A stretch of 64,000 nt of DNA from the NCBI GenBank assembly GCA_964016885.1, contig OZ024743.1, forward strand, positions 115,568,001 to 115,632,000, written 5' to 3'. The DNA comes from Eledone cirrhosa (lineage: Eukaryota). Below the pieces are notes generated by a model. That model saw only the letters and a list, made by a program, of their open reading frames with translations, had not been told where the DNA came from and made no database searches. Of this stretch, positions 51,139-62,309 are shown piece after piece. Every line of letters starts with the position of its first letter. Position 1 is the first letter of the stretch. The position numbers and the translations under genes are program-made.

Positions 51139-53205
51139 TTATGTAATATTCTGCTTGTAGTGGGAAAAAAGGGTTTTTGTTCTGTGACGGCAGAATAATG
51201 TTCGTTCAATTCTGTTATTCAGCAGTTTCTTCTTGTGTGTGATTATGTAATAAATCTCAAGATTACACAATTTGCAGAAATTTTGGCTCCTGGAAAAGCT
51301 CTGGGTTTTAGCTAATTTTTCCCATTTTAGGGTAAACTTTTGATTGCTATCCCTGAGCGTCCAAGCTTTTTCTGCTAAAGTTGTTACATTTCTTTGGCTC
51401 TGGTGTTTTATTGAGTAAGAATGCCTATACAATCGAGATTTAAACGATGTTGCCGTTGATCCCACGTAATACCACTCGTTGCCTCCGGATTTAATGGTAC
51501 ACTTATAAATAATATTTTTTTCCAGGCAGTTATTGCCGAGGGGGCAGTTGTCAGGATAGGTGCAGTTACAGTTGTGTACGTTGGGTTTTCTCTGGAGTAG
51601 TATTGCGGACGAACTTAGGTGCGGTTTATTTATGTTCTGTAGTGTATTGTCTACTGTTTTTGGGGGGTTCTTTGTACTTAAGTTCTTAGTGTTTTCGTTT
51701 AACCTTCTAGTATTGATCTTTTTTATGTGTTGTTCAAGGTTTAACGCTGTAGAGTATGACAGTCTTATAGTGGTAGGGTTTAGGATTTTGTGGTATTTGT
51801 GTGATGTGGGAAAATGTCTTTTAATTATTTTAAAGAAGAGTACTGGTAAATTTGTACTAATGGAGCTATTGTATTCGGGGTTATACCATAAGTACTCTTT
51901 GCATCGCTTTCTATTAGTTTTGTTTGTTGGTTTACTGGTGTGCATACTATGGTAGTAAGTGTGGTTTGGTGTTGTGTTATTATATCTACCTATGTGGGAT
52001 TTATTTTGGGTGTTTTGATTGTTCCCATCTATGTACTCTATTTTGTTGAGGTAGCCTGCTTTACTAAGGGCGTTATCGTAGTACTCGGCGTGTTCCTTAA
52101 ATACTTGTATGTTAGAAGATAGACCCGAGATTCTAAGGGAAATATTTTTAGGGATAGATTTAATTATAGAGATGGGGTGGTTAGACCCAACATTTACGTA
52201 TTTGAGATTTTCATTCAATTTATGAAACGGTTTAATCAAACCAGAGTTTAAATTGAGTGTGACATCCAGGAAGTTAACTACTTTAAGGTTGTATTCATAT
52301 GTTATAGTTAGTCCTATTTCGAGTAGTAGTTTTCTTATATCTTTGCGTAGTTTTTCTAGTTTTTGGTTATTAAGGTTTTTAGCTAGGAGGAGAACATCGT
52401 CGCGGTATATTCTGCCGTGGAGATTGCTGAATTTTTCCTGGAGTCTAAAGGCGATAAATAACCCCACAATATCAGTTATTTCCGCCGAATCGTTAGAGCC
52501 CATTGTTATGTCAAAGTTAGAGGGTCTATCTTTACGTACCCAATAACTGTTCTCAAATTTGACTATAGTTTTCCTAGCTTCTAATATAATCTTAATTTCA
52601 TCGTTTGTAAGGTCGGAGTTATCCTTAGCAAACTTAATGGCTCTATTCAAAGTTTCAGGTGATATCGATGAGTAATATTCATCGATATCAAACTGGATAA
52701 ACTTAGATTTATTCTTATTGCTAATGCTATTAAACCATCTTATTGCTTCTTGGGTCTTCCCCCAGAGTTTAATGTTAACCTTAGCCTTAATTTGGGGGAT
52801 GATTCTATCTAAGATATATTTGCTTATTTTACCTATATCTGATTTAGAGGGGCAGATTAATCTAATTTTAGGGTCATTATCAAAGTTTACCTTGTGGTCC
52901 TTAAGATTGAAAGTGGGTACCGCCGGTAAGAGTGGTCCTGTCCTATCTTCGATTCCGAGATTTTTCACTATTTCGCATGCCTCATCATTGATGTGCTTAA
53001 GGGTTACTTCACTCGTTTTTCTATATTTTTTATGTAATTCTTTTCGAATGAAGTTGTTGTATGTAGTGCAATCCATAGTGTACAGGTTTGATGTTTTGTC
53101 CGCTTTTACTACAATTCCTTTGGTGTTTTTAAGGTCGTCCAGTAGTTTTTTTATATCTTTCTGTAATTTGCTGTTGGTGTTGCGTCCTTTGAATTTAAGG
53201 ACCAC
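51139..53205 (-). CDS. PLE RT + GIY-YIG, 5'-truncated (left arm)
   Basis: KADKT, FDIDEYYSSI, ITMGSNDS, YRDDVL, NFLDV, CNC-x5-CPL-x3-C, IYKC...YVGST.TSFKSRL. Confidence 0.92.
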   Translation of the reverse strand: MVLKFKGRNTNSKLQKDIKKLLDDLKNTKGIVVKADKTSNLYTMDCTTYNNFIRKELHKKYRKTSEVTLKHINDEACEIVKNLGIEDRTGPLLPAVPTFNLKDHKVNFDNDPKIRLICPSKSDIGKISKYILDRIIPQIKAKVNIKLWGKTQEAIRWFNSISNKNKSKFIQFDIDEYYSSISPETLNRAIKFAKDNSDLTNDEIKIILEARKTIVKFENSYWVRKDRPSNFDITMGSNDSAEITDIVGLFIAFRLQEKFSNLHGRIYRDDVLLLAKNLNNQKLEKLRKDIRKLLLEIGLTITYEYNLKVVNFLDVTLNLNSGLIKPFHKLNENLKYVNVGSNHPISIIKSIPKNISLRISGLSSNIQVFKEHAEYYDNALSKAGYLNKIEYIDGNNQNTQNKSHIGRYNNTTPNHTYYHSMHTSKPTNKTNRKRCKEYLWYNPEYNSSISTNLPVLFFKIIKRHFPTSHKYHKILNPTTIRLSYSTALNLEQHIKKINTRRLNENTKNLSTKNPPKTVDNTLQNINKPHLSSSAILLQRKPNVHNCNCTYPDNCPLGNNCLEKNIIYKCTIKSGGNEWYYVGSTATSFKSRLYRHSYSIKHQSQRNVTTLAEKAWTLRDSNQKFTLKWEKLAKTQSFSRSQNFCKLCNLEIYYIITHKKKLLNNRIERTLFCRHRTKTLFSHYKQNIT

Positions 53206-53486
53206 TCTTACCGGCGGTACCCACTTTCAATCTTAAGGACCACAAGGTAAACTTTGATAATGACCCTAAAATTAGATTAATCTGCCCCTCAAAATCAGAT
53301 ATAGGTAAAATAAGCAAATATATCTTAGATAGAATCATCCCCCAAATTAAGGCTAAGGTTAACATTAAACTCTGGGGGAAGACCCAAGAAGCAATAAGAT
53401 GGTTTAATAGCATTAGCAATAAGAATAAATCTAAGTTTATCCAGTTTGATATCGATGAATATTACTCATCGATATCACCTGAAACT

Positions 53487-54998
53487 TTGAATAGAGCCAT
53501 TAAGTTTGCTAAGGATAACTCCGACCTTACAAACGATGAAATTAAGATTATATTAGAAGCTAGGAAAACTATAGTCAAATTTGAGAACAGTTATTGGGTA
53601 CGTAAAGATAGACCCTCTAACTTTGACATAACAATGGGCTCTAACGATTCGGCGGAAATAACTGATATTGTGGGGTTATTTATCGCCTTTAGACTCCAGG
53701 AAAAATTCAGCAATCTCCACGGCGGAATATACCGCGAAGATGTTCTCCTCCTAGCTAAAAACCTTAATAACCAAAAACTAGAAAAACTACGCAAAGATAT
53801 AAGAAAACTACTACTCGAAATAGGACTAACTATAACATATGAATACAACCTTAAAGTAGTTAACTTCCTGGATGTCACACTCAATTTAAACTCTGGTTTG
53901 ATTAAACCGTTTCATAAATTGAATGAAAATCTCAAATACGTAAATGTTGGGTCTAACCACCCCATCTCTATAATTAAATCTATCCCTAAAAATATTTCCC
54001 TTAGAATCTCGGGTCTATCTTCTAACATACAAGTATTTAAGGAACACGCCGAGTACTACGATAACGCCCTTAGTAAAGCAGGCTACCTCAACAAAATAGA
54101 GTACATAGATGGGAACAATCAAAACACCCAAAATAAATCCCACATAGGTAGATATAATAACACAACACCAAACCACACTTACTACCATAGTATGCACACC
54201 AGTAAACCAACAAACAAAACTAATAGAAAGCGATGCAAAGAGTACTTATGGTATAACCCCGAATACAATAGCTCCATTAGTACAAATTTACCAGTACTCT
54301 TCTTTAAAATAATTAAAAGACATTTTCCCACATCACACAAATACCACAAAATCCTAAACCCTACCACTATAAGACTGTCATACTCTACAGCGTTAAACCT
54401 TGAACAACACATAAAAAAGATCAATACTAGAAGGTTAAACGAAAACACTAAGAACTTAAGTACAAAGAACCCCAAAAAAACAGTAGACAATACACTACAG
54501 AACACAAATAAACCACACCTAAGTTCGTCCGCAATACTACTCCAGAGAAAACCCAACGTACACAACTGTAACTGCACCTATCCTGACAACTGCCCCCTCG
54601 GCAATAACTGCCTGGAAAAAAATATTATTTATAAGTGTACCATTAAATCCGGAGGCAACGAGTGGTATTACGTGGGATCAACGGCAACATCGTTTAAATC
54701 TCGATTGTATAGGCATTCTTACTCAATAAAACACCAGAGCCAAAGAAATGTAACAACTTTAGCAGAAAAAGCTTGGACGCTCAGGGATAGCAATCAAAAG
54801 TTTACCCTAAAATGGGAAAAATTAGCTAAAACCCAGAGCTTTTCCAGGAGCCAAAATTTCTGCAAATTGTGTAATCTTGAGATTTATTACATAATCACAC
54901 ACAAGAAGAAACTGCTGAATAACAGAATTGAACGAACATTATTCTGCCGTCACAGAACTAAAACCCTTTTTTCCCACTACAAGCAGAATATTACATAA
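53487..54998 (+). CDS. PLE RT + GIY-YIG, more truncated right arm (frame open from ~53199; catalytic YRDD changed to YRED)
   Basis: Near-identical to the left-arm protein. Confidence 0.9.
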   Translation: MNRAIKFAKDNSDLTNDEIKIILEARKTIVKFENSYWVRKDRPSNFDITMGSNDSAEITDIVGLFIAFRLQEKFSNLHGGIYREDVLLLAKNLNNQKLEKLRKDIRKLLLEIGLTITYEYNLKVVNFLDVTLNLNSGLIKPFHKLNENLKYVNVGSNHPISIIKSIPKNISLRISGLSSNIQVFKEHAEYYDNALSKAGYLNKIEYIDGNNQNTQNKSHIGRYNNTTPNHTYYHSMHTSKPTNKTNRKRCKEYLWYNPEYNSSISTNLPVLFFKIIKRHFPTSHKYHKILNPTTIRLSYSTALNLEQHIKKINTRRLNENTKNLSTKNPKKTVDNTLQNTNKPHLSSSAILLQRKPNVHNCNCTYPDNCPLGNNCLEKNIIYKCTIKSGGNEWYYVGSTATSFKSRLYRHSYSIKHQSQRNVTTLAEKAWTLRDSNQKFTLKWEKLAKTQSFSRSQNFCKLCNLEIYYIITHKKKLLNNRIERTLFCRHRTKTLFSHYKQNIT

Positions 54999-55267
54999 AA
55001 GAGGGACATCCCCCAACTATATAAACCTTAATCTAGTTAGAAAAATATAAAAACAATCTCTTCTCAACATATATTAATAACCTTAAATTACCATACTAAT
55101 AATGAAAAGATATGCTGATGAGAATAGGTACAAATATGCGATAATGAATGTGTCTAAAAACGTCCATAAGTATGTATATATATGTGAAAATGTATATAAA
55201 TAAGTAAATATATATATATGTTTGATGTGTATAGTTAGATGTAAGTGTATTCATGTATTAAAGTGCT

Positions 55268-55300
<33 letters not shown>

Positions 55301-55948
55301 ATATGTGTGTATATATGTATGTGTATATATATATATATATATATGTATATATGTGTATATGTATATATGTATATATATATATATGTGTATGTATGTATGT
55401 GTATATGGATGTGTATGTATGTGTATGTGTGTACACATGGACTAGAGTATGTATGTATATATGTGTGTGTCTATACGTGTGTATATATAAAGATAAGTTG
55501 AGTATGAAAATGTATACACATGAGCGCGTATGTATGTACATGAATACATGTGTGTATATATATGTGTATGCATGTGTATATATATGTAAGTATGAATATG
55601 TGAATTGTGAGTATATGTATTTTGTAGAGGTGTGCAAATATATTTGTGTGTGAATGCGTGGGTGAAAGAATACGTACACTTGAAAGAAAAATTTAAGTCT
55701 GAATGTTAAGTGCAAACACAAAACCAACCACGCATATCTTTACTATCTCTAATCCTTCTATAGATTTAGAAAAATAACCAATAATATATTCTATAAAAAA
55801 TGTCAAAACAACAGATGGGAATCTAATTAATCACTGCCACCAAGAATTCTCACTGCTATCGAAAAACCACTCCTTCAACTATTCTTCTAACAACTTCACC
55901 CCTTCCTCCTAATATTCTCTATAAAAACTAAATAGGTCCTCAGTAATA

Positions 55949-56065
55949 TTATTCTGATGAAATGACAGTAAACAATAACATTGAAATATTGAATGTCTGC
56001 ATAACTAAAAGTTTGTAGATAGCTGTTTTAGGTTATGTAACTGTTATAGAAACACGTGTCAATAA
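55949..56065 (+). ncRNA. Type I hammerhead ribozyme with large branched stem II (right arm)
   Basis: ttatt-CTGATGA-a-atgacagt...actgttat-a-GAAA-cacgtg-TC-aataa; GUC site. Confidence 0.82.
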
Positions 56066-56212
56066 ATTCCTTTCAACTAAACTGTATCCATTCAAATCTT
56101 TCTATTTTTCTCCGGATTACTTTTGGAACTACAACTGGAACCGTCGAGCAAACTCTACGTGAGCTGATAATCTACTGTGTGTAATATTTATATTACAACA
56201 CAACGGAAAAAA

Positions 56213-56298
<86 letters not shown>

Positions 56299-56300
56299 GT

Positions 56301-56369
<69 letters not shown>

Positions 56370-56389
56370 AACACACACAAACACACGTG

Positions 56390-56469
<80 letters not shown>

Positions 56470-56579
56470 CACGTGTGTTTGTGTGTGTTCATACATATTT
56501 CTTTTCGTACAAGAAAACATACGTAAACGTGAAGATGGGATTCCAGCTCGAATAAGAGATTTATCTCTTTAAATCATTC

Positions 56580-56648
<69 letters not shown>

Positions 56649-57689
56649 AAAAATCTGTTATTTGTTCTTTTCTGTAATTTAATAAATCCCAAAACGGCGC
56701 ATAACCTGAATATACTTTGAAAGTTGCCCCTGAAATGGGAATACAAATGGAATAAGTTTCGCGTAAATCGGAGAGAGAAAGAGAGAGAGCGAGTGAGAGA
56801 GAGAGAGAATATATATAGACACACATACAGACATATACATATATGTACATATGTGCTTTCCAATTTCGTTTTACATTATATACATGGACATGTATGTGTA
56901 TTTTAAATATTCAAATATTATTTTTAAGTGAACATGATTTTACAAAATATTTTTAACTGAATATGACCCAACGGGTCACGGGTTTTGTAGCATATTACTA
57001 ACACTCTGTGATTGTGCGCTGGTCTGTGCTTTAATACAGCCAAAATGGAGAATAATGGGAAATACTTTGAAAGGAAGTTGCACCTGGAATGGGATTACAA
57101 ATAGTATGAAACAAGTTTCGCGTAAATCGTCGCAAGGGTTCCCGAGATACGGGTTTTTCTGCCAACCTTCATAAATAGAGAGAGAAAAAGTGATAGTAGT
57201 TGGGAGAGAGAAAATGGAAAGAAAGAGATAGAGAGAGAAGGAGAGTGAGACAAAAAATGGAAGAGAGAGAGAGAAAGTTTGTGGTGTTGTTAAATGATAT
57301 TAAGTGACTCCAAAGAATCGAATACAGCATTACTGCATCTAACTCGAATTTAGTTATTTGTGTTAACACACGATGTGTATAGTGTATATTTCCTGCTAAA
57401 TGGGAAAGGTTTCTAAGTGTGTGTGTGTGTATGTATGCGGGTATGTATCGGTATATAGGTCACAGACACGCACATATCTATATGCACACACACACATATA
57501 TGTGTATACAAACACGCACACACACACATATATATAGAGATATGGGCCTTCCAATTTCATGTTACATAATAAATATGTCTGTGTATATTTTAAATTATTT
57601 AATTATTTAAACATTATTTTCAATTGAACATCATTAAAAAAAATATTTTTAAGGAAAGGTGACCCAACAAGCCACGGTAGTTTAGTACA

Positions 57690-57779
<90 letters not shown>

Positions 57780-58018
57780 AGTATGTATACGTACATACGT
57801 ATATGTATACAGATATATAGTAGTATGTATATATATATATATATACATGCACACATATATATATGTACGATAAATGGAAAAAAATAAATTTTTCAATTTA
57901 TCGTTTTCAGTATGCCCGGCCGACTAACTCGCTCGATATGCAAATTAGGCTGCTCACCCGTAATATGCATAAGGAAAGTATATACTTTCAAACGATCAAT
58001 CATCTGACAAGAAGGTAT

Positions 58019-58060
58019 ACGTGCTGACGATAGCTAATAAGCTTGAAACTGGTTCAGCGT
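58019..58060 (+). ncRNA. Degenerate type I hammerhead motif
   Basis: acgtg-CTGACGA-tagct aata agctt-GAAA-ctgg-TT-cagcgt. Confidence 0.5.
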
Positions 58061-58178
58061 TCCTTTGTCAGTGTTGAACAAATGAGCAACGATGGTTGCA
58101 GAACACCGTACGGCTTAATTCGGAGTGTTTGTCTACACACAAACCGAACATTATAATAAATGTTCTGTAAACCCATAC

Positions 58179-58255
<77 letters not shown>

Positions 58256-58399
58256 CATGTATGTATATATATACATAATACTGTACGTCTGTATACATAT
58301 ATGTATGTACGTATACATACTTATATTTAAGTATCAGCCGTAATAAGAGTGAGAAATGAAATTTCATTTTTTTCCATTTATATATATATGTATATATAC

Positions 58400-58471
<72 letters not shown>

Positions 58472-58498
58472 GAAATTTCATTTTTTTCCATTTATATA

Positions 58499-58600
<102 letters not shown>

Positions 58601-59204
58601 TGTATATATTTATATGTATATATATATACATATATATATATATAATACACATACACGCACACAACACACGCACACACACATACACACACTCGCGCGGATA
58701 CGCAAACCCTCACACCTACGCACGTAACTGCTCACGGAAAATATATAATATATATTATATATATAAATATAAAAAACATTTTTCTTTAGAGTTCTATAAA
58801 GAGCCATTCTCCTTCTAGAGATAGCTTATCTATTTACCAACACGTAAATCACCTAAGCCATGCACCTGAGGAAATTGCGATTCCACAACAGGTAGTTTCA
58901 TCTACAGTCTGAAATTATTTGTCAAAACAGCAGCAGCTCAGCCGTCGGGCCACCAGTCCTTCTAACATAGTCATGCTTTAAAATATCAAGTTTCGACTAC
59001 TCTGTCGAATTATGGTCTTACTAATTGAAAAGTGCTTAAATCCTGATACGCACATACTTACGCAAACACATATATATAGACATGTATATTCCTACTATAT
59101 CAAGTGTAATACTAATATTATATTTCTTCATTGTACTGTATCGCTTCTTATTTCTGTTTACCATTTGCATACACAGACACACACACACATACGCGCGCGC
59201 GCTA

Positions 59205-59299
<95 letters not shown>

Positions 59300-59323
59300 T
59301 ATGTGTGTATATATATATATATA

Positions 59324-60127
59324 TTAGAATTGGTGCTCTGAAATAGCGATGAATACATGAATATATATATAGTATATTTGTCAATATAATGTATGCTTAA
59401 TTAAAAACATTTTGAAACCTTGCGCTATTAGTTTAAAGTCGTGACTATGTCACATACTTCTTTTTTAAACAAACAAACGGAGTTAAGCTGACAGATCTGT
59501 TTCATACTGTTCTTAATCATCAGAGCTTAGCACTGGCCGATGCCTGTTGAAAATTATAGATGTTGGATTATTATAGAATTCCAGTAATAATCAGGAACAG
59601 ATTATACAGAGCGATTGCCGGTCCAGCAATAATTGAAAATTATAATTAGTGCTCTGAAATAGCGATTTATACAGGAATGTATATATAGTATATAGTTTTT
59701 AAAAAGAGAAGTAAGTGACATAGTCACTACTTTACAATGAGAGCGCGGGCTCTTCAAAATGTTTTTAACAGAGCATACACTATATTGCCAAATATACTAT
59801 ATATACATTCATATATACATAGCTATTTCAGAGCATCAATTCTAATTTTCAATATTTGCTGGACCTGCAATCGCTCTGTATAATCAGTTCCTGATTATTA
59901 CTGGAATTCTATAATAATCCAACATCTATAATTTTTAATAGGCATCGGCGAGTTCTAAGCTCTGATGATTATCACCAATATGAAACAGATCTGTCAGCTT
60001 ATCTCTCTTTGTTTGTTGAAAAAAGAAGTAAGTGATATAGTCACTACTTTAAAATAATAGTGCAAAGTCTTCAAAAAGTTTTTAATTAAGCAAACAGTAT
60101 ATTGCCAGATATACTATGTATACATTC

Positions 60128-60128
<1 letters not shown>
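59324..60128. mobile_element. Palindromic retrozyme-like element made of ~317-nt tandem monomers with hammerheads (59484-59529 -, 59956-60001 +)
   Basis: Internal direct repeats at 316/317-nt spacing in each arm; taagct-CTGATGA-..-GAAA-cagatctg-TC-agctta. Confidence 0.82.
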
Positions 60129-60157
<29 letters not shown>

Positions 60158-60161
<4 letters not shown>

Positions 60162-60404
60162 TATAAATGTAAGCTATCGCCATATTTTGACTAAAGAAAT
60201 TAAAGAACATTATTTATCCTGATAGTGGGGTTAAGAACCCTCGGAGAAATGTACGTCAATACTCATCTTTTTCCATTTTTCCGAGGGTTCTTAACCCCAC
60301 TATCAAGCTAAATAATTTTCTTTAATTTCTTTAGTCAAAATACGGCAAAGGATTACATTTATAATTTCCAACTCGCTCGCTGTTTCGAAAATATTCTTAC
60401 TTGA
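60158..60404. mobile_element. Palindromic 5'-truncated copy of the tRNA-SINE family at 108-470
   Basis: Arms 60158-~60248 and ~60277-60367; shares atgtacgtcaatactcat..gagggttct.aacccca..aaaatacgg with 322-470. Confidence 0.75.
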
Positions 60405-60429
60405 TATATATATATATATATATATATAC

Positions 60430-60478
60430 TCTTTTACCTGTTTCAGCCATCCGGCTGAGGCCATGCTGGGGCACCGCC

Positions 60479-60480
<2 letters not shown>
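60430..60480 (-). mobile_element. Probable SINE 3' tail fragment
   Basis: Minus strand GGCGGTGCCCCAGCATGGCC...GCTGAAACAGGTAAAAGAG resembles octopus SINE tails (recognised from memory, not verified). Confidence 0.45.
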
Positions 60481-60508
<28 letters not shown>

Positions 60509-60509
<1 letters not shown>

Positions 60510-60724
60510 ACGAAGGAAATGTGGTAAGGAACCAGATGGACCATAACGCACCAAAGTATTCAATACTTAGGGTAGTAGAGTGGGTAATAGAAACAAGTAG
60601 GACCCCGATGGGTGAGCTCAAGCCATTTCGACGGCTAATTCAGGACTAAAAAAAGAATTTTTTAGTCCAGAATTAGCCGTCGAAACGGCTTGAGCTCAGC
60701 CGTCGGGGTCCTACTTGTTCCTAT
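60509..60724. mobile_element. Palindromic element centred on a hammerhead 3' half (family of 10839-11078)
   Basis: gacggcta...tagccgtc-GAAA-cggct tgagctc agccg-TC-gggg; arms 60590-60653 and 60659-60724. Confidence 0.72.
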
Positions 60725-60782
<58 letters not shown>

Positions 60783-61149
60783 TTCCCCTTCTTTTTTCCT
60801 CCCGTTCGCTGAGAAAACGGTTTTCATTCTTTCTAACACCGGATTCACTAGCGAAAGGTCTGTTTTCTGACTCGCTCATATATTCACACAGCTTATGCTG
60901 AAAGAATAACTATGTTGCTTGTGTTTATTTCCATCTTCGGTTAGCTTCCCCCTGTGTTGTTTACTTGTCTCACTCGCTTTACGCGTTTCTATTGTCCTAA
61001 TAACTTATTTTAGTTATTATCGCTCCAACGTGAGGTATATGATTTTTAATGCGATGAAATACCCATGATCGTTTGGTAAATCACTGATGAGGTACTCATT
61101 TTATAACATGTTATCCATGTGCAACCAGCAGTATTCTTCTCACCCATAT

Positions 61150-61189
<40 letters not shown>

Positions 61190-61815
61190 TATTAAATTTA
61201 AAGAGAAAGATCGAAAGAAATAGATACATATATAGAACGACAGTTATACACATGTATATATAGATCGACTGTTGCATGTGAGTGACGATCATAGGAAATA
61301 TATACTTACTTTGAAACTGAAACAGATTGTACCGTTATGGCGGCAGTAAATATGAGGATCCAATATGTATCCATTTCAGACTTGAGATTAATGGCACCAG
61401 AAAATCTGTGTAAAATAATTAGAAATCATGACTTATGAATCTGTCGAGTGAGAAGGAACAGTTAATTGAAAATTGATAATTGATTCATTTAGTAAGAAAA
61501 GTGGTTGATAACTATGTGAAATATATATTGCATTATCAGGCCTATTTCATGCTATTTCTATTTCATATATGTTAGTTTGTACTTCAACCGTTATTACAAC
61601 GCCAGCCTTCATTAGAAGAGCACCAGCTGTTCATATTCTATCATATATTTCGCATAATTTATATTGAAATACATTTCCCTTGTAATTTGCGTTTATTCTT
61701 AATATCATACACGACATTTCAGGGGGATTTGGTATAATTGTTCATGCCCGAGGAAGCACGTATATGTTGTTGATATGCTGAACATTATCGCTTTAGGAGT
61801 CGATATACATACATA

Positions 61816-61874
<59 letters not shown>

Positions 61875-62309
61875 CCAAATATTAACAAATGAAGATATTC
61901 ACATAATCAAAATATATGCTTATTATATATATTTCGAAGGTACTGTGTTTTTTTTCCAGTACGTTCTCGTCAGATAAAATATACGGTCTTGATATTTCAA
62001 TTCCAGTATTGCCAGTGATTTGTTTCATCAAATCTCAACATTTATATACCACACATAATAATATAATAAATTTAAAGAAGAAAAGGACGTAGAGCGAATT
62101 GGAGATATAAGAGAGGGAGTAAACAAGAGGAGATGCATGAAAAAAAGAATAAAAATAAAAAAATAAAAAATTACATATATAAATATTTAAATGAATAAAT
62201 AGATGGGTGAATAGAGGGAGAAATATATATAAAAAAAAGAAACAGAAGAAAGAAGAAATAACGAGAAAAGAAATTATGGAGGGGGGGGGGGTATGTAGAA
62301 AAAACCGTT

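Larger units (their letters stand above)
50034..56215. mobile_element. Head-to-head palindromic dimer of a Neptune-type PLE
   Basis: 50034-52938 is the reverse complement of 53198-56105 with few SNPs; ~260-bp spacer; right arm extends ~110 bp further; (TA)n flanks. Confidence 0.93.

Noticed and set aside
60219-60262. CTGATAG...GAAATGTACGTC hammerhead-like string
   Set aside because: Created by the palindrome junction; core and stem I do not fit.
61083-61130. CTGATGA as a hammerhead (also 36059, 58866, 3268, 27700)
   Set aside because: No properly placed GAAA and closing stems found.
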